A stretch of DNA of 63,970 bases, counting the filler, from Craspedostauros australis (taxonomy: Eukaryota), in NCBI GenBank assembly GCA_030167865.1. It is 14 parts of 14 records of this genome, joined end to end, with 100 filler letters (N's around TTAATTAATTAA, not from the genome) between each part and the next. Parts side by side here need not be neighbours in the genome. Positions count along the whole stretch, not along the records: positions 62,567 to 63,970 come from JALAGF010000868.1; 13 more parts are not named here. One strand, written 5' to 3'. Below the pieces are notes generated by a model. It ran no database searches. It was not told the origin of the DNA and worked only from the letters and a program-made list of their open reading frames with translations. Numbering within the stretch: the stretch's first letter is position 1; every line of letters begins with the position of its first letter. The translations under genes were made by a program, and so were the position numbers. Below are positions 63,225 to 63,970 of this stretch, piece after piece.

Positions 63225-63970
63225 TAGGACGCCTTACACGAAATCTACTCCACTACTCTGATTGTATGCACATCGGGGCATAATTGCAGAGTACTGGTGC
63301 GAAGCCACAACGAAGTTATGCTTGTAATTGTGAACTTGATCCACGATGCTTATCGCTACCATGAACGAACCAGTGACAGATTCAATCCGCAAAAACCATG
63401 GGGATGCCCTTTGAGAAAATACGCGAGAAATATGGCTGCCATTTTCATTGTTTGCATTGTTCTCGCATTCGCAGAGGCCGCCAAATCGATTCCTCGCGAA
63501 GGGCACGAGATGGCGAGTGTACGAGCTATGGGATCATACGACGCTTGCCTCAGTTTGCTCTTGAGGCCGATGGTGAGTGCGCCTGGCACATGCATGTCGC
63601 CACCGTTTGCGTTCGTCAGGCTCGTAGTCGTATGATGCCCATGAGAGTACGAGTACTGCACGGTGGTTTTGGCACGTTGTCGTTAATTATACTTGAAGGT
63701 GCAGATGAGAATAGGCATCGATCGATCGATGGGCGGGCCGTCGTCTTTCCGCATCAGTCAGCGCGCCACAACAGACATGCACCATCGTGTCTTTTCTTGG
63801 AAGGCCCGAGCCTCGGAAGTGCTCGACAGACATCTACGAGAACGGAGACAAGGAAGAACGGAACGGGAAGCTACGAATGCCATCCATTCGTCATCATCAT
63901 CGCCATTGTTGTCGCAGTCGTCGCATTCACCTCCCACCCGATTCCATGTGCCGCTGCAGCTCTTGGCGGG

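Overview
Eukaryotic DNA, most likely from a diatom: it has GT-AG introns, ASAFAP-type plastid pre-sequences and a CoDi-like copia gag. The window is 14 contigs joined by artificial N-TTAATTAATTAA-N linkers, so adjacency across linkers is not trustworthy. Gene-rich contigs carry a GONST-type nucleotide-sugar transporter, coatomer beta, a Cys-rich membrane protein, an ankyrin-like protein, ADAL, plastid EF-Ts, adenosine kinase, a DEAD-box helicase, a CS-like protein and an HA-domain protein. The small contigs are mostly transposon material: copia gag, LTRs, two LINE-like 5' ends, a TA-flanked MITE family and a YqaJ relic. The standout is a whole contig (47249-53147) that forms a foldback-like element with ~0.9 kb modular inverted arms. 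It encloses a PIF/Harbinger-type DDE transposase and two uncharacterised genes, and the start codons of both outer genes lie inside the inverted arms. Other leads are a recurrent hairpin motif with variable but pairable stems, TpA-depleted repeat blocks, ADAL-ADK linkage and an orphan eIF3d 3' fragment. All calls were made by eye; no searches were run.
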